A stretch of DNA of 52,214 nucleotides from a virus (IMGVR_UViG_3300031972_002079:1-52214), one strand, 5' to 3'; positions 28,340-39,245 are shown, counted from the first letter of the stretch. The notes: generated by a model not told the origin, from the letters alone. Translations and numbers: made by a program.

Positions 28340-29278
28340 ATGGCAGCATCATTAGAAGCACTATCATCTGGTAAATTCCATGTTGGCACGGTATCAAGTC
28401 AACAGATTATGGGATCTCCCGTAAGTTTTAGTTCTATAATACCAGGTACTCTTACTGCATCTGGACCTGCTTATATTGGTCAATGTGTTGGCGGTGATAT
28501 TGCCAACGCCGCTTTAAGTGTTGGACCGAGACTTGTTCCAACTGGACTTTTAGGTATTGGAGTTCCTACTCCTGGAATTGCATCTTTAATAGTGTATGGA
28601 GCTCCAATGGCAATTCAAGCCAATGGTGGTGTAAACGTTATTGGATTATTTAATGTAAGTGGTATTGCAACGAAAGCGGGTGCAGATGTAAAAGCATCTG
28701 TAAGTACTACGGGAGGTTGTACCGTTGAAGCTTCATCAACTGCAAACGCAAGAAATAATGCTACTGCTGGAGCTATCACATGTTCAAAAATCAAGGCAGG
28801 TTTTGGTGCATTTGCTAGTGTTGCTGCACCATTCAAACAATTTGATATCCCACACCCAACTAAAGGTAAAGGTTGGAGACTTGCACATGCTGCACTAGAA
28901 GGCCCAGAAATGGGTGTATATTATCGTGGAAAGACTAAAGAAAAAATAATTAAATTACCAGAATACTGGACTGAACTTGTCCATGAAGAGTCAATAACTG
29001 TTCAGTTAACACCAATTGGCAAAGCATGTAGTAGTTTACATGTTAAAAAAATTGAAGATAATGTTGTAACTGTTGGTCATCAAGCACAAGATCTAGAATA
29101 CTTTTATATTATTCATGGAGAAAGAAAAGATCTTGGTGATCTAATTGTTGAATATAGAGGAGATAAACCAGAAGACTTTAAGATCTCTAAAGAGAAGATA
29201 AAACGCAATGGTGAAGTTATTATAGATAATGGACATAAAGGTTTAGCACCTCTACCACTCAATCCTTTAGGTAATTAA
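28340..29278 (+). CDS. Structural protein with C-terminal chaperone-like domain
   Basis: KQFDIPHP...LAHAALEGPE.GVYYRG...LP.YW..LV...ITVQLT...GERKD. Confidence 0.7.
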   Translation: MAASLEALSSGKFHVGTVSSQQIMGSPVSFSSIIPGTLTASGPAYIGQCVGGDIANAALSVGPRLVPTGLLGIGVPTPGIASLIVYGAPMAIQANGGVNVIGLFNVSGIATKAGADVKASVSTTGGCTVEASSTANARNNATAGAITCSKIKAGFGAFASVAAPFKQFDIPHPTKGKGWRLAHAALEGPEMGVYYRGKTKEKIIKLPEYWTELVHEESITVQLTPIGKACSSLHVKKIEDNVVTVGHQAQDLEYFYIIHGERKDLGDLIVEYRGDKPEDFKISKEKIKRNGEVIIDNGHKGLAPLPLNPLGN

Positions 29279-29280
29279 TC

Positions 29281-30000
29281 ATGGCAAAATCACCACTACA
29301 AAAAACATACGATATAGAACTAGATCAGATTGATAAAGATGTTGCATATCTAGAAACTAGATTTGATGATCATACCGAACAAATCACACAGATTGAAAAT
29401 TTATCAAAAGCAAGTGATGCAGAATATGCACAAACTGTTATTATTGCCAACAGTTATTTGGGTCAAGCGGTAGACTTTGGAGATACTGCTGTTTCTTGTG
29501 GTTGTTCTATACTAGTGACCACAGAAACCGCTTATGAATCTGCCAGGGCTAAAATGACAAATGTTAATAATAATCCTAATTATGGCGGGGACGATCCAAA
29601 TGAAGACGTTGGCACAGTCAGTTTAACAAGTAATGAGGGTCCTAATACAACTTTAAATCCAGTCAATTATGGAAAAGGTTATCAAAATGTGATTGAAGAA
29701 TCGGACACCACAGCAATGTTGAACTATGTCCAGTTATTCCAACCATCACCTGGTATTTGCACTCAAACTTGTTCTGAACTTTATACCGCTCAACAACAAG
29801 CTTTGACTGATCTTAATAATGCAAGATCATCTCCTGATAGAACTCTATACGGTACTCAATCAGCAATCATTAAAGACGAGGCACAAGAATATAGAAACCA
29901 GAGGTGGGCGCTTAGAAAAGGTAAGCAAAATACTGAAGAACGTCGTCAAAGAATCGTGAACTTCTATCCTAATGCAGGTCCAGCTGGCATTGGAACTTGA
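29281..30000 (+). CDS. Hypothetical, probably virion protein
   Basis: 239-aa ORF in tail operon. Confidence 0.65.
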   Translation: MAKSPLQKTYDIELDQIDKDVAYLETRFDDHTEQITQIENLSKASDAEYAQTVIIANSYLGQAVDFGDTAVSCGCSILVTTETAYESARAKMTNVNNNPNYGGDDPNEDVGTVSLTSNEGPNTTLNPVNYGKGYQNVIEESDTTAMLNYVQLFQPSPGICTQTCSELYTAQQQALTDLNNARSSPDRTLYGTQSAIIKDEAQEYRNQRWALRKGKQNTEERRQRIVNFYPNAGPAGIGT

Positions 30001-30025
30001 CACAGCATCAATAATCCCCTATAAT
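29997..30025 (+). promoter_or_regulatory. Sigma70-type promoter
   Basis: TTGACA-17 bp-TATAAT upstream of small ORF and tRNAs. Confidence 0.85.
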
Positions 30026-30046
30026 ATCTGAATATTCATAGATACA

Positions 30047-30232
30047 ATGAAATACAATCTACCTGAAAAAAATAAGACGACTAAAGAAAATGTAGATGAG
30101 GCGAACGAAGGGTTGTATTATTGCACAATGAATTTGCCTGAAGCTGCGGCACATTGTGGTATGACTCACAAAGAAATGAAAATGACATTTTTTGAATACC
30201 TTAAGCATCAACCACCTATATGTGATATTTGA
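30047..30232 (+). CDS. Small conserved hypothetical protein
   Basis: MNLPEAAAHCGMT.KEMKMTF, HTH-like. Confidence 0.7.
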   Translation: MKYNLPEKNKTTKENVDEANEGLYYCTMNLPEAAAHCGMTHKEMKMTFFEYLKHQPPICDI

Positions 30233-30240
30233 TTGCTTAA

Positions 30241-30312
30241 GGGACTGTCGCATATTGGTTAATGCTCTCTGCTTATAACGGGGTAAACTGGGTTCAATTC
30301 CCAGCAGTCCTA
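30241..30312 (+). tRNA. tRNA-Ile (anticodon TAT)
   Basis: GGGACTG/CAGTCCT acceptor; CTCTG-CTTATAA-CGGGG anticodon arm; GGTTCAATTCC T-arm; no encoded CCA. Confidence 0.9.
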
Positions 30313-30315
30313 TTC

Positions 30316-30388
30316 GCTTCCTTAGCAATCTGGTGAATGCAGCAAACTCATAATTTGCCTAAGGAGAGTTCGATCCTCTCAGGAAGCA
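30316..30388 (+). tRNA. tRNA with CAT anticodon (elongator Met most likely)
   Basis: GCTTCCT/AGGAAGC acceptor; GCAAA-CTCATAA-TTTGC; GTTCGATC T-loop; paired 1-72. Confidence 0.9.
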
Positions 30389-30460
30389 TCAGGGCCTCAT
30401 AATAATAATTTAAAAGTCGCTAAATAAATCATAATGCAAAGTTAGCGAACTTTTATATCC

Positions 30461-33400
30461 ATGCCTCTTAGTAAACTACAGAATTTTATTAAGAACACCG
30501 AAGGTAAGATTCTATATGTGAATCCCAACGACATCGGTGCCACTGATAGTATAGAAAATCAGGGTAATTCACTCTCTCAGCCCTTCAAAACAGTTCAGAG
30601 AGCACTTTTAGAATCGGCAAGATTTTCGTATGTAAGAGGAAACGATAACGATCTGTTTGATAGAACTACGATCCTCCTCTTTCCTGGTGTTCATTTCATC
30701 GATAATAGACCAGGATTTAAGATTAAAGATGATAATGGAATTGCAAAGGCAATCTCTCCTGCTGGTACAGAAACTCTCGCTCAGTCTACACTAACCCTAT
30801 CACTATCTTCAGTATTCGATTTGGGTGTCGAAGATAATATGCTCTATAAGTTTAACGATCACAGAGGTGGCGTTATTCTTCCTAGAGGTACTGCTATTGT
30901 TGGTTTTGACTTAAGAAAAACCAAAATTAAACCATTATATGTTCCAAACCCAACAGATGATGCAGCCCCAGACACTTCTCTAATTCGTCTAACTGGTACG
31001 TGTTACTTTAGAGACTTTACTTTCTTTGATGGAGATTTGAATTCTCAGGTCTATACAGATCCTTCAGATTTCTCCGCGATTAACAAATCAACACCAACAT
31101 TCTCTCACCATAAACTAACTTGTTTTGGTTTTGCTGATGGTGTTAACACTGTTGACGGTACAGGTCTAACTGACCTTGACATGTATTATAGCAAACTATC
31201 TAATGCTTTCAACGAAGCATCTGGTAGAAATATTGACCAGAAGTTCCCAGCTGAACCATTAGGATTCTCTAAGAGTAGAGTTGAATGGGAAATTGTTGGT
31301 GCGTTCCAAGCAGACCCAATTTCAATTAGGACTATTCAAGCTGGTGATGGTGTTACACCATCCACTTTGATCACTGTTGAAACAAACAATCCACATAAAC
31401 TAACAGTTGGTACACCAGTTAAGGTTAGAGGTGTAACTCCTGCGGATTATAATGTTTCGACATTCGTTACTTCAGTTACCGATGCAACTACATTTGGTTA
31501 TCTGCTAGCAGATGCAGAACCTACTCTACTTGCCACTGGTAATGTCTCTGGTGCCACTGTAACGATCGAAACTGATACTGTTACTGGTGCATCACCATAT
31601 GTCTTTAACGTGTCTCTCAGATCCGTTTTCGGCATGAATGGTATGCTTGCTGATGGTGCAACTGCCTCTGGCTTTAAGTCAATGGTTGTGGCACAGTTTA
31701 CGGCCGTATCACTACAAAAAGATGACCGTGCTTTCGTTAAGTATAACCCAGTATCTAGAACATATGATGGTATTTCCATCACTAAGGTAACTGGTTCTCA
31801 ATTAGCAACGGAATCTAGTTCTACAAACTCTAATACTGTTTATCACCTAGACAGTAGAGCTATCTACCGCAAAGGATGGGAGACTTCCCACATTAAGATG
31901 ATAAATGATTCAATCATTCAGGTTGTGTCTGTGTTCGCCATTGGATTTAATGGTCATTTCCTTTGTGAGTCTGGTGGTGATGCTTCTATTACTAACTCTA
32001 ACTCCAACTTTGGCCAGATCGCTCTAATCTCTGATGGATTTAAGGCAGAGGCATTTACAAAAGATGACCAGGGATATGTTACTGGTATTATTGCACCACA
32101 AACGGTTCCACAAAGTGAATCTAATATAGATCTATTCACTCTTGATGTTGATAAAACAAAGCAAGTAGGTATTAATAGTCATCTCTACCTATTTGGATTT
32201 ACAGATCAAGATAACCCACCTGCAATTATTTCTCAAGGTTATCGTATTGGTGCCAGAAAAAATGATAAACTATTTGTCAATCTTACTAGTGGAGCTGGTA
32301 CAACTGCATATTCTGCACCAATTCTAATTACCGACAATATAATCGGTGCAGCAACCACGATTGCAACTGGTCTAGGATCTAAAGAAAGAATTACTAAAAT
32401 TGTTGGACTAGATGCAGAGGGTAGATTTAGTTGTCAGGTCAATCACAACCTAGTAACTGGTGAGAAGGTTCGTATTATAAGTGAAGACGGCGATTTACCA
32501 GAGAATCTAGTTGAAGATAGAATATACTATGCCATCACTGATGGTATTAATCTTGCTCTATTCCGTGTTGCTTCAACTTCCAGTGATGCACTTAGAGGAG
32601 AAGCAATTACAGTTTATGGTGGAACTGGTTTAAGAGTTGAAAGTCGTATATCCGATAAAGCTGCAAACGAAATTGGATGCCCTGTACTATTTGATACAAA
32701 TCAAAATAACTGGTTCATTCATTGTAAGGAAGATAATGATATCTACACAGAGATTGTTGCTAGAGGTGTAACAGGTATTGGTGCTCAAACCAGTGAAACA
32801 TTTATCAAGAGACTTTCTGATAACAGATCCATTGGAGACAAAGTTTATAAACTAAGATATTTTGTACCAAAAGAATCAACGATCGGTAGAGATCCAGTAA
32901 ACGGATTTATTCTACAGGATAGTAATAACACATCCAGTAGAAATGATCAGGACTTCACTATTTCTTCTATTGATACATCTGATTTTGAATTTGATAGAAA
33001 CCCAAGATACATTTCTACTTGTGCCACAAGTGGATCAACAGTTACAGTTAGAGTTGATAAGCCACATGACCTATTTGTTGGTGATATAATTAATATTCTT
33101 GATGTACAAAGTACAACAAACACTGCTGGTATCGCAAAGAGTGGATTTAACGGTAAATTTACAGTTACTGGTATCCTCGATGATCTGACCTTTACACATG
33201 GCACTACTGATATTGATAATATCGGGAGATCCACTGGTGATTTCACGTCTGACATGAACACCAGAACTCAACTCATGGCAAGATACCAGAGAGTTGATAA
33301 CAATAGAAATGTTTCACTATACAGATCTGAAATAATTCAACAGCACAATCCTGGTATTAGTGATGGTATCTACCACTTCAACATTCTTTGTGCTGATAAC

Positions 33401-36331
33401 CAAATCGTTGAAGAATTTGATAATCTAAAGTATCTACCTGATATTGAGAGATATTATCCTCAGTTAGATAGAGACAACGTTCTTGCAAACCCATTAGCAG
33501 CTAAGTCTTTTGCAAAGAGATCACCAATTGGTGATGTTGCAGTTGACGATCCAGAAAATAGTATCACTAGAGAAAGTATTGACAAAGTTTCTAGAGTTAT
33601 TGGATATGGTAGAACAGTTGTTGGTTTTGAAAGAAATGATATTGTCGGTATTGTAACTGTAACTCTAGATCGTCCACATGGTTTCTCTGGTATTGTAACT
33701 TATTCAACACTAACTGGTGGTAGTGGATTCACTGAAGGTGATTACTACAACGTCAAGTTGTTGAATAATGGTACTTCCGACTGGGATGGTGGTACAGCTA
33801 GAGTCACTGTTGGATCAGGTGGTGCTGTAGAGAATGTTCAAATAATTAATCCTGGTTCTGGTTATGGTGCAGAAACTTTAGATCTAGATGGATTTACTGG
33901 TGCTGAAGTCGCATTCACAACTGCTGGAATCTCCACATTCATCAATAATTCAGTTCAACTAACTGGTATTGGTAGCACTGCAACAAATGCTTATCGTGTT
34001 CTTGGAACTCCAGATAAGAATAAAGTTTCCTTTGCTGTAACAGCAGGAGATCCAAATCCTGTTAATGATCAATACTTGGTTGATTGTGGCCGTTCAATTG
34101 GTATTAAGACTATTAGTGCAGTTACTGCCAATGTTCAAACGATTGAAACAAATGAAGCACACGGTTTAGTTTCTGGTGGTAGTTTCAATATCGTTGATAC
34201 TAACAACAATAGTTTCCATGGATTTACTGTCCTAGAAAGAGTTGGTATTCTTACGTTTACTGTTGATGGATCTAATCCTATTACACAAACATCACCATCA
34301 TTCTTACTACCAACAATTTATGATGCAAAAGGTGGGTCAATTGATGCTGATACTGAATCTATTGGTTCTAGGGTAACATCAATCTTCCTACATGATGATG
34401 CAATTCTTGGTAATGATTTAGGAAGTGCAGAAGTAGATAATAAAGTTATTCTACAACTTTCAAACTCTGGTATAGGAACAGCAGAGAGATTCCCAATCGG
34501 ATCTTATATTCAGGTTGGATCTGAGATCATGAGAATCGCAGACTCAACCCTATCTGGATCTTCTAACAATGAACTTACTGTAATCAGAGGATATTTAGCT
34601 TCTCAGACTGCAACTCATCAAGAGGGCTCAAGAGTTAGTAGAATCAATGTTAGAGGAATGGAACTTCGTAGACCTTCAATTCTAAGAGGTTCTGGTCATA
34701 CTTTTGAATATCTAGGTTATGGTCCTGGTAACTACTCAACTGGTCTACCACAGGTTCAAAATATTACATTAACTGGAAGAGAAGAGTTCCTAACACAATC
34801 TCAGAAGAGATCTGGTGGTGTGGTTGTATACACCGCTATGAATAATGATGGTGACTTCTTCATTGGTAACAAGATTATCAACCCATCTACTGGTGAAGAA
34901 ACAACATTTGATGCCCCAATTCCATCAATTAGAGGTGAAGATACTTCAGTTCTATCTGTTATCTTTGATGAAGTTACTGTTAGACAGAGATTACTTGTTG
35001 AGGGTGGCCCATCTAAGACACTATTGTCTCAGTTTGATGGACCTCTAAGAGTTAATAATGTTGTTAATATTTCTGGTAATACTAAGATTGATGCAAACCT
35101 TGAAGTTACTGGAAGATTCAAATCTAGTGGTAGTGCAGATATTCAGGGTGCCCTAAATGTTGCTGGTGTTGGTACATTCTCTGGTAAGATTGAAGGTGAT
35201 GCTGGTATTGATGCTGCTGACATAAGAATTGGTGTTGGAGCATCTACTGCTAGAATTGAGTCACTTGATAGTGAGAATCTGGTTCTCAAGAGTGCTACAA
35301 CCAATGTCATGGTTGAGGACAATCTTAATGTTGATGGAAACATCACATGTGACAGAATTGAGGCTGATAACATCATCCCGATCGGTGGAATCATTCCATG
35401 GTCAGGAACATCATCAAACTATCCAAGCACTGGATGGCTTGTTTGTGATGGATCAGCAGTTAGTCAGACAACATATGCTGGACTATACGACATTCTTACG
35501 GATGGCGGAACTGTATTCCCATACGGAGCAAATCCCGATGGATCAACATTCCTAATTCCAGACTTAAGAGATAGATTCCTTGTAACTGCTGGCACTACAT
35601 ATAATCGTGGTGGTACTGGTGGACAAAAGGATAACAGCGTAATTGATCATACTCATACAGTTACTAATGATCCAGTAGCATCTCACGCTCACAATATTGG
35701 TAATGAAGCTGCTCACACTCACCCATCCAGATCAGTTGATGCTCACGATCACAACATTGATCCGATCGGAGCTCACTCACACACCGTAAACCCAGTAGGT
35801 AGTCACGGTCACCCATCTAGAGGTAATAACGCACCACACTCACACACCGTTAACCCTGGTGGTGGTCATGGACACCCATCTAGATCTGCTAATGCTCCAC
35901 ACTCTCACCAAGTTCGTCGTTTCAATAGAGGTAGGGGCCAATATTTCCAGGGTAGAAGTGATTCCCGAGTTAGTAATCCAGCATTCAACACCTTACCAAC
36001 TACTGGTAATAATGCCCCACACTCACATACCGTAAACCCAGTTGGTAACCACGGTCACCCATCTAGAGGTGCTAATGCTCCTCATAGTCATACTGTTAAT
36101 CCTGGTGGTGGTCACACACACCCATCTAGATCAGCTGGTGGTCACACTCATAATGCTGATCCAGGTGGAGCTCACTCACACACCGTTAATCCTGGTGGTA
36201 GTCACGCACACCCAATCGGAACCAATGGTGGACATACTCACCCTGCCACAGCTGACCCCGCTGGTGTATCTGGAGTCAATAGAAATCTACCTCCTTACTT
36301 TGGTCTTTTCTATATTATCAAGGCCCTATAA
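30461..36331 (+). CDS. Large tail fibre/structural protein with tail-collar domain and His-rich tip
   Basis: MPLSKL..F, 1956 aa; PIGGIIPW..GWLVCDG..PDLRDRF collar; NLPPYFGLFYIIK end; CTAAATA 30420-30426. Confidence 0.85.
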   Translation: MPLSKLQNFIKNTEGKILYVNPNDIGATDSIENQGNSLSQPFKTVQRALLESARFSYVRGNDNDLFDRTTILLFPGVHFIDNRPGFKIKDDNGIAKAISPAGTETLAQSTLTLSLSSVFDLGVEDNMLYKFNDHRGGVILPRGTAIVGFDLRKTKIKPLYVPNPTDDAAPDTSLIRLTGTCYFRDFTFFDGDLNSQVYTDPSDFSAINKSTPTFSHHKLTCFGFADGVNTVDGTGLTDLDMYYSKLSNAFNEASGRNIDQKFPAEPLGFSKSRVEWEIVGAFQADPISIRTIQAGDGVTPSTLITVETNNPHKLTVGTPVKVRGVTPADYNVSTFVTSVTDATTFGYLLADAEPTLLATGNVSGATVTIETDTVTGASPYVFNVSLRSVFGMNGMLADGATASGFKSMVVAQFTAVSLQKDDRAFVKYNPVSRTYDGISITKVTGSQLATESSSTNSNTVYHLDSRAIYRKGWETSHIKMINDSIIQVVSVFAIGFNGHFLCESGGDASITNSNSNFGQIALISDGFKAEAFTKDDQGYVTGIIAPQTVPQSESNIDLFTLDVDKTKQVGINSHLYLFGFTDQDNPPAIISQGYRIGARKNDKLFVNLTSGAGTTAYSAPILITDNIIGAATTIATGLGSKERITKIVGLDAEGRFSCQVNHNLVTGEKVRIISEDGDLPENLVEDRIYYAITDGINLALFRVASTSSDALRGEAITVYGGTGLRVESRISDKAANEIGCPVLFDTNQNNWFIHCKEDNDIYTEIVARGVTGIGAQTSETFIKRLSDNRSIGDKVYKLRYFVPKESTIGRDPVNGFILQDSNNTSSRNDQDFTISSIDTSDFEFDRNPRYISTCATSGSTVTVRVDKPHDLFVGDIINILDVQSTTNTAGIAKSGFNGKFTVTGILDDLTFTHGTTDIDNIGRSTGDFTSDMNTRTQLMARYQRVDNNRNVSLYRSEIIQQHNPGISDGIYHFNILCADNQIVEEFDNLKYLPDIERYYPQLDRDNVLANPLAAKSFAKRSPIGDVAVDDPENSITRESIDKVSRVIGYGRTVVGFERNDIVGIVTVTLDRPHGFSGIVTYSTLTGGSGFTEGDYYNVKLLNNGTSDWDGGTARVTVGSGGAVENVQIINPGSGYGAETLDLDGFTGAEVAFTTAGISTFINNSVQLTGIGSTATNAYRVLGTPDKNKVSFAVTAGDPNPVNDQYLVDCGRSIGIKTISAVTANVQTIETNEAHGLVSGGSFNIVDTNNNSFHGFTVLERVGILTFTVDGSNPITQTSPSFLLPTIYDAKGGSIDADTESIGSRVTSIFLHDDAILGNDLGSAEVDNKVILQLSNSGIGTAERFPIGSYIQVGSEIMRIADSTLSGSSNNELTVIRGYLASQTATHQEGSRVSRINVRGMELRRPSILRGSGHTFEYLGYGPGNYSTGLPQVQNITLTGREEFLTQSQKRSGGVVVYTAMNNDGDFFIGNKIINPSTGEETTFDAPIPSIRGEDTSVLSVIFDEVTVRQRLLVEGGPSKTLLSQFDGPLRVNNVVNISGNTKIDANLEVTGRFKSSGSADIQGALNVAGVGTFSGKIEGDAGIDAADIRIGVGASTARIESLDSENLVLKSATTNVMVEDNLNVDGNITCDRIEADNIIPIGGIIPWSGTSSNYPSTGWLVCDGSAVSQTTYAGLYDILTDGGTVFPYGANPDGSTFLIPDLRDRFLVTAGTTYNRGGTGGQKDNSVIDHTHTVTNDPVASHAHNIGNEAAHTHPSRSVDAHDHNIDPIGAHSHTVNPVGSHGHPSRGNNAPHSHTVNPGGGHGHPSRSANAPHSHQVRRFNRGRGQYFQGRSDSRVSNPAFNTLPTTGNNAPHSHTVNPVGNHGHPSRGANAPHSHTVNPGGGHTHPSRSAGGHTHNADPGGAHSHTVNPGGSHAHPIGTNGGHTHPATADPAGVSGVNRNLPPYFGLFYIIKAL
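35648..36241 (+). repeat. Imperfect ~30-bp coding repeats encoding 17 HxH motifs
   Basis: HSHTVNP and HGHPSR units repeated. Confidence 0.9.
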
Positions 36332-36356
36332 CTAAATACATAAAAACACCATATCG

Positions 36357-38696
36357 ATGGCAAATTTTAAGAAAGTATTTAATTTTAGGGAAGGTGTTCA
36401 AGTTGATGACCAAACATTTGTCGTCAATGGTTCCCTAGTTGGTATCGGAACCTCCATTCCGACAAAATTTTTAGATGTTAGATCAGAATCAGCATTTAGC
36501 GGACTAAGTACGTTTACTGAAGTTCGTGTTACTGCTGGTGCATCTTTTGAAACTGGAGTTGGTAAAAGTGTAGTTGTTGGTAATTTTGAATTCAATCAAG
36601 GTATCGTAACTTCATTTACTGGAGTTGTTACCTATTTTGGTGATGGTTCTCAACTATCAGATCTTCCAACTTCACAGTGGGTAGATGTAGACACTGGTAT
36701 TGGTGTTTCTAGTGTTTACAATGGTGGATTTGTAGGAATTAGTACACTTAATCCACAATATCAGCTACAAGTTGGTGGAAATCCTGAGCAGGGTAGTGAC
36801 GGATTCGCTGTAAATCTTGGAAATGTATATGTTTCTGGTGCAATGACTGCATTCAGATTCGTTGGAGATGGTGCTCTCCTTGTAGATTTAAACGCTAGTG
36901 AGCTCACTTCTGGTATTGTAACTCAAGCAAGAATACCAAGATTAGAACTAGATAAGATACCTCTGATTCCAGACTATAAATTAGAGCAAAATTTACAAAT
37001 TAGTGGAATCTTAACGGCTCAGGGTGGATTCATTGGTAGTGTTACTGGAGATATTGAGGGTGATATTATTTCACCTGGATTCTCAACATTCACTGATGCT
37101 GAGGTAACTGGATCATTAACCGCTGTTGCGTCTACTGCTTTAAGTTTACAGGGAACTCCAGATATTAGAGTTGGTTTCGTATCTGCAAATACTATTGATG
37201 CTGGTATTGCACTTACTGTTACTAGAGCGGATGTAACTGGTGATATTAGTGTTGGTATATTAACAGTTGTCAATGGTAATGTTAAGGTTGGTGCCGAAGG
37301 TATCGAGTTTAATGTAACTGATGGAAAGATTGGTATTGGTACAACAGTAGCAGAAACTTCAGAAGTTGTTATTCTTGGTGCAGAAAATGCAAGACTAGAA
37401 GTTGTAACCGAGAGAGGATATTCTGCACTTAATATTGGTGGAGATCTTGGAATTGGTGTTAGTAGTGTAGAACTGAGATATTTTGATCAAGATCTATCTC
37501 TATCAAATTATGCTGATGGAGATTTCATTTACCACGTTGGTAACGCTTCCACATCTTTTAATGGCAACTTTAGATGGTTGCAAGGTACTTCTGATGCTGA
37601 GATAATGACCCTCACGAAGGGGGGATTCTTGGGTATTGGTGTTAGCAATCCTGGTGCAAATTTACAAGTTACTGGTATAACAACTCTGAATAGCACGTTG
37701 TTTGTTCAACAGGCAGCAGAGTTTGCTGACGATGTTGTAATGTATCAAGGCTTATCATATTACTCAACGTCTGGAATTGCAACAGCATTCGACTTAAATA
37801 TCCTGAATGATATTACAGTTAATGCTAATGCGTTCTTTAATGGGGTAATTTTTCTACCAGAAAACACAGTTATTAATAACACAAGTGGAATCAGTACATT
37901 CAATGATCTGAATATTACTGGAGCATTAATTATAGATAATGATTTTAATTATCTTACACAAAGTGGAATCACCACGGTTAATGATTTCACTGTAAATGGT
38001 ATTTTAAGGGCAGCAGATGCAGATATTACAATCAATATTTCATCTGGAATCAGTACAATAGCTAATCTGAATGTTGCTGGTATATCTACATTTGGTGGTA
38101 TAGCTACATTTTCTGCTGAAACTGAACATTTTGGTGATATTATTTTTAGATTGAATGAGTCAGGTGATTCACCAGCAATTATTGGAACTGGTGCAACAAT
38201 AACAATCAATACTCAGAACATTGACATATCTGATGAGGTAACAATTGCAGGAGCTGTAACACTTGCATCAACTCTTGAAGTTGCTGGGCCTTCTATATTC
38301 AGTGTAGATACCAACTTAAGAACCAATACTGGAGTTAGTACATTCAATGATATCACCGTCACTGGTATAGCATCTGTCAGCAGAATAAATGGACCCGTAT
38401 TTTTCGATGAACCTGACGGTTTTGATGGTGTAGGTCTCAGCACGTTTAATACTGATCTTTGCATTGGCGGTTATCTAACAGTTGGATTAGCTGATACTGC
38501 AAGAAGTGTTCTCGATGCTGGTTCTTCTCCGTCATCGTTTGCCATTCTTCCAAATGTTGATGGAGATACCGTCTCTGGAATTTCAACAATATATACTATT
38601 GATCAACCTTATGCAGGTGCAATGCTTTATAATTCAACACTTAATAAAATGCAATTCTTTAATGGAACTGCATGGGAAACTATCACTAGTTCATAA
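36357..38696 (+). CDS. Tail fibre-like structural protein
   Basis: GIGT and GIST/GVSTF repeats; C-terminal GAMLYNST..KMQFFNGTAW; CTAAATA 36332-36338. Confidence 0.75.
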   Translation: MANFKKVFNFREGVQVDDQTFVVNGSLVGIGTSIPTKFLDVRSESAFSGLSTFTEVRVTAGASFETGVGKSVVVGNFEFNQGIVTSFTGVVTYFGDGSQLSDLPTSQWVDVDTGIGVSSVYNGGFVGISTLNPQYQLQVGGNPEQGSDGFAVNLGNVYVSGAMTAFRFVGDGALLVDLNASELTSGIVTQARIPRLELDKIPLIPDYKLEQNLQISGILTAQGGFIGSVTGDIEGDIISPGFSTFTDAEVTGSLTAVASTALSLQGTPDIRVGFVSANTIDAGIALTVTRADVTGDISVGILTVVNGNVKVGAEGIEFNVTDGKIGIGTTVAETSEVVILGAENARLEVVTERGYSALNIGGDLGIGVSSVELRYFDQDLSLSNYADGDFIYHVGNASTSFNGNFRWLQGTSDAEIMTLTKGGFLGIGVSNPGANLQVTGITTLNSTLFVQQAAEFADDVVMYQGLSYYSTSGIATAFDLNILNDITVNANAFFNGVIFLPENTVINNTSGISTFNDLNITGALIIDNDFNYLTQSGITTVNDFTVNGILRAADADITINISSGISTIANLNVAGISTFGGIATFSAETEHFGDIIFRLNESGDSPAIIGTGATITINTQNIDISDEVTIAGAVTLASTLEVAGPSIFSVDTNLRTNTGVSTFNDITVTGIASVSRINGPVFFDEPDGFDGVGLSTFNTDLCIGGYLTVGLADTARSVLDAGSSPSSFAILPNVDGDTVSGISTIYTIDQPYAGAMLYNSTLNKMQFFNGTAWETITSS

Positions 38697-38700
38697 GAAC

Positions 38701-38729
38701 TTGACAAGACCTTGAAATATGTGTATAAT
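38701..38729 (+). promoter_or_regulatory. Sigma70-type promoter
   Basis: TTGACA-17 bp-TATAAT. Confidence 0.85.
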
Positions 38730-38765
38730 CTGGCTTGTCCAGGATGATATGAGTCACTAGGCTTT

Positions 38766-39245
38766 ATGAAGACTATTGAAAGACATTGTTATGATGGAAA
38801 TAAAATAACAGAGACCAGGGTTCTAGAGTTTGAGCCCTGGTCTTTTTATGACATTGAAGAAGTAATGAGTCTTATTCAAAAAGAACTCACTGTAGATCTT
38901 TTGAAGGGAAAGAGATTGATGTATCCTGCTGATAAAGGAGTCAATCGATTCTATGGTCATTGCTATCATTCAACGCAGGCATTATGTTTTCTTATCGATA
39001 GTGATAAGTTAGTATCATATAGTGGTGTAGATTATCGTAATGAAAAACACTGGTGGGTACAATATGGTGAGACTGTATATGATTGTACGGCAGAACAATA
39101 CTGGTCAGTGAAAGAAAATCCACCATATGATGTAGGAAAGAAAACTAAATGGTATGGGTGGAAAGGCAGGCCACAACAGGTATCTCTTGAGTTATGCAAG
39201 AGGGTTCTTGGAGTGAGACTCAAAAAAGATTGGATAAAAGGTTGA
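38766..39245 (+). CDS. Hypothetical protein, possible transglutaminase-like Cys-His-Asp fold
   Basis: GHCY...HWWV...YDCTAEQY. Confidence 0.65.
   Translation: MKTIERHCYDGNKITETRVLEFEPWSFYDIEEVMSLIQKELTVDLLKGKRLMYPADKGVNRFYGHCYHSTQALCFLIDSDKLVSYSGVDYRNEKHWWVQYGETVYDCTAEQYWSVKENPPYDVGKKTKWYGWKGRPQQVSLELCKRVLGVRLKKDWIKG

Noticed and set aside
30059-30328. 89-aa minus-strand ORF
   Set aside because: Antisense to tRNA-Ile and a plus-strand gene
30316-30388. Initiator tRNA-fMet
   Set aside because: Has paired G1-C72 and lacks three consecutive G-C pairs in the anticodon stem
35648-36241. Diversity-generating retroelement TR/VR pair
   Set aside because: Repeats are in-frame coding units differing mainly at synonymous positions; no reverse transcriptase in window
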